Assembly: GCF_902652985.1 (NCBI RefSeq) | Contig: NC_047020.1 | Location: forward strand, 11,222,001 to 11,286,000 | Direction of reading: 5' to 3' | DNA: 64,000 nt | DNA from: Pecten maximus | Taxonomy: Eukaryota | Part shown: positions 62,488-64,000 of the stretch, piece after piece | How positions within the stretch are numbered: position 1 is the stretch's first letter | Layout: every line of letters begins with the position of its first letter | The notes under the pieces: generated by a model | The model's database searches: none | Told to the model about the DNA's origin: nothing | What the model saw: only the letters and a program-made list of their open reading frames with translations | Position numbers and translations under genes: made by a program

Positions 62488-64000
62488 CTTATGAAGGCCT
62501 TATGTACATTACACGGCCAAACATACAATAAAATACACAGTTAGCAAACACAAATGTATTTCAACGATACTTAGAGAAAGGTAATCTTGATATAAAACTC
62601 AAATGACATCAATTGGTGATAGACATATGTAATATTTGAACTTTGAGCCAGATGTCGATGCAGCAATGATGCCAGTTTATCTTGTAATGGACCAATAACT
62701 GCACTATGTAATATGTAATCAGTATATAAATTAGGTTAATGATTACATTGATATCTTATTTTATCCCACTGTTACGTTATCGGCTTGAAATTATTCATTT
62801 AGCATTTTCTATCATCCCACCTTTTCTACTGGCTGGAAATAAGAACAATAATAAAGTCATTTTAATTTCTGCCGATGTAAAGAACTAAGAATTCACACTG
62901 ACCTCTGACTTTGTCCTCGATTACTATTCATTTATGTTGATATAACCATTTATTACATTTTTACCAGTGAAATATCAAAAATTATTCATTCTATAAAAGT
63001 GATATTTTTCACTTTTGCTCATTTGACCAATCAAATTAATGATTAGAAAATACCACTGCGCACTCGTGAAAAATATCAAAATATTAGCCCCACTCGTGAA
63101 ATATATTTGGTATTACTGAGGACACTGTTAGATATCCTCTATATATTGACATCATCAAAACGCTACATATTTAATGTATAATATCATGGAAAGGGAAAAA
63201 ACAATATTTATAAGTTTTAGATCTAATTTTAATGCATTCTGCATAATTTGATTTACCATCATGTAAACCAGTTTCTAAATTTGACTTGATTATTAGCATT
63301 TGTGTCAGCAAAGTTGGTGCCACATTTCCCTTCCTGACACAAATATCAGTTTTATAGCAGATAATTCCTCATAATTAACGGAATAAAGTGACTTGTGACA
63401 TCATAACTGGTAGTATGGTACCAGTATATTGCAGTTCCAAAACTAGAAATATCAGAATATCTCATTTGCATCATAAGCCAAAATATCAAAAGAACGAATG
63501 TGACAGGAATACTTTGGAATGAAAATTGGAAAATAGCTGTGCTTTCCTTTATAGAATCACATTACCCCTTTTCTTTTTCAAAGAATAAACTGGAATACCA
63601 TGTTTCCACTACTGAGAATAAAACAGAAAAAATATGAAATTAATAGAGTTTCTTCAGGTAAGGTTGTACCCTGTAAAGTGGATGGTTATAAGTATAACAA
63701 GAGAGGGATTTTGCACTCATCAAATTAAATCGGTGAAGGTACTTTAATGACTCTTGAAAATAGGGTAGATAACCTTCAACTAATAAAAGATAATCTAAAT
63801 GAAATTTAAGAAAATAACAGACCTTTATGGACAGAATTAAAAATGGCCACTTCGTTGCCATCTTGTTTTCAGATGAGTCATAAAATGGAACATCGACAAC
63901 AAGGTAATTAGGGGCATCTACAGAAGTTTTTTTAGAAAGATCCTGCAACTTGGCATCAAAGGGACCTTAAGGTGAAATTCGAAAAAGATCAATAAAAAAC

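Overview
AT-rich eukaryotic genomic DNA, most likely from a bivalve mollusc (scallop-like). This is an inference from the SINE/Helentron-type repeats, the minisatellite density and the gene families present. The window holds an innate-immune gene neighbourhood. (1) A single-coding-exon PH-domain-like gene (5641-6120, -). (2) A four-exon TNF-receptor-superfamily gene (25749-19173, -; about 423 aa; signal peptide, 5 cysteine-rich domains, TM, no death domain). (3) Three paralogous single-cysteine-cluster Toll-like receptors: a deleted, decayed pseudogene (~33388-34250, +), a full-length copy broken only by a single +1 A (40609-42745, +), and an intact 711-aa copy (58967-56832, -). Roughly 15 kb of the window is about 16 unrelated mini/microsatellite arrays. 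There are also relics of Tc1, PIF/Harbinger, IS3EU-like, Helentron/HINE-like, Penelope-like, CR1-like and RNase H-bearing LINE elements, tRNA-derived SINEs and several near-perfect palindromes. An assembly gap lies at 43063-43208. Most interesting: patchwork identity among the three TLRs (gene conversion plus a divergent LRR core), a frameshift that would make a secreted LRR-only TLR, a VNTR built from the TNFR exon-1 splice donor, and a frame-preserving 27-bp VNTR in the TNFR 3' UTR. No CRISPR array, rRNA or genuine tRNA gene was found. All analyses were done by eye; repeat and transposon boundaries are approximate.
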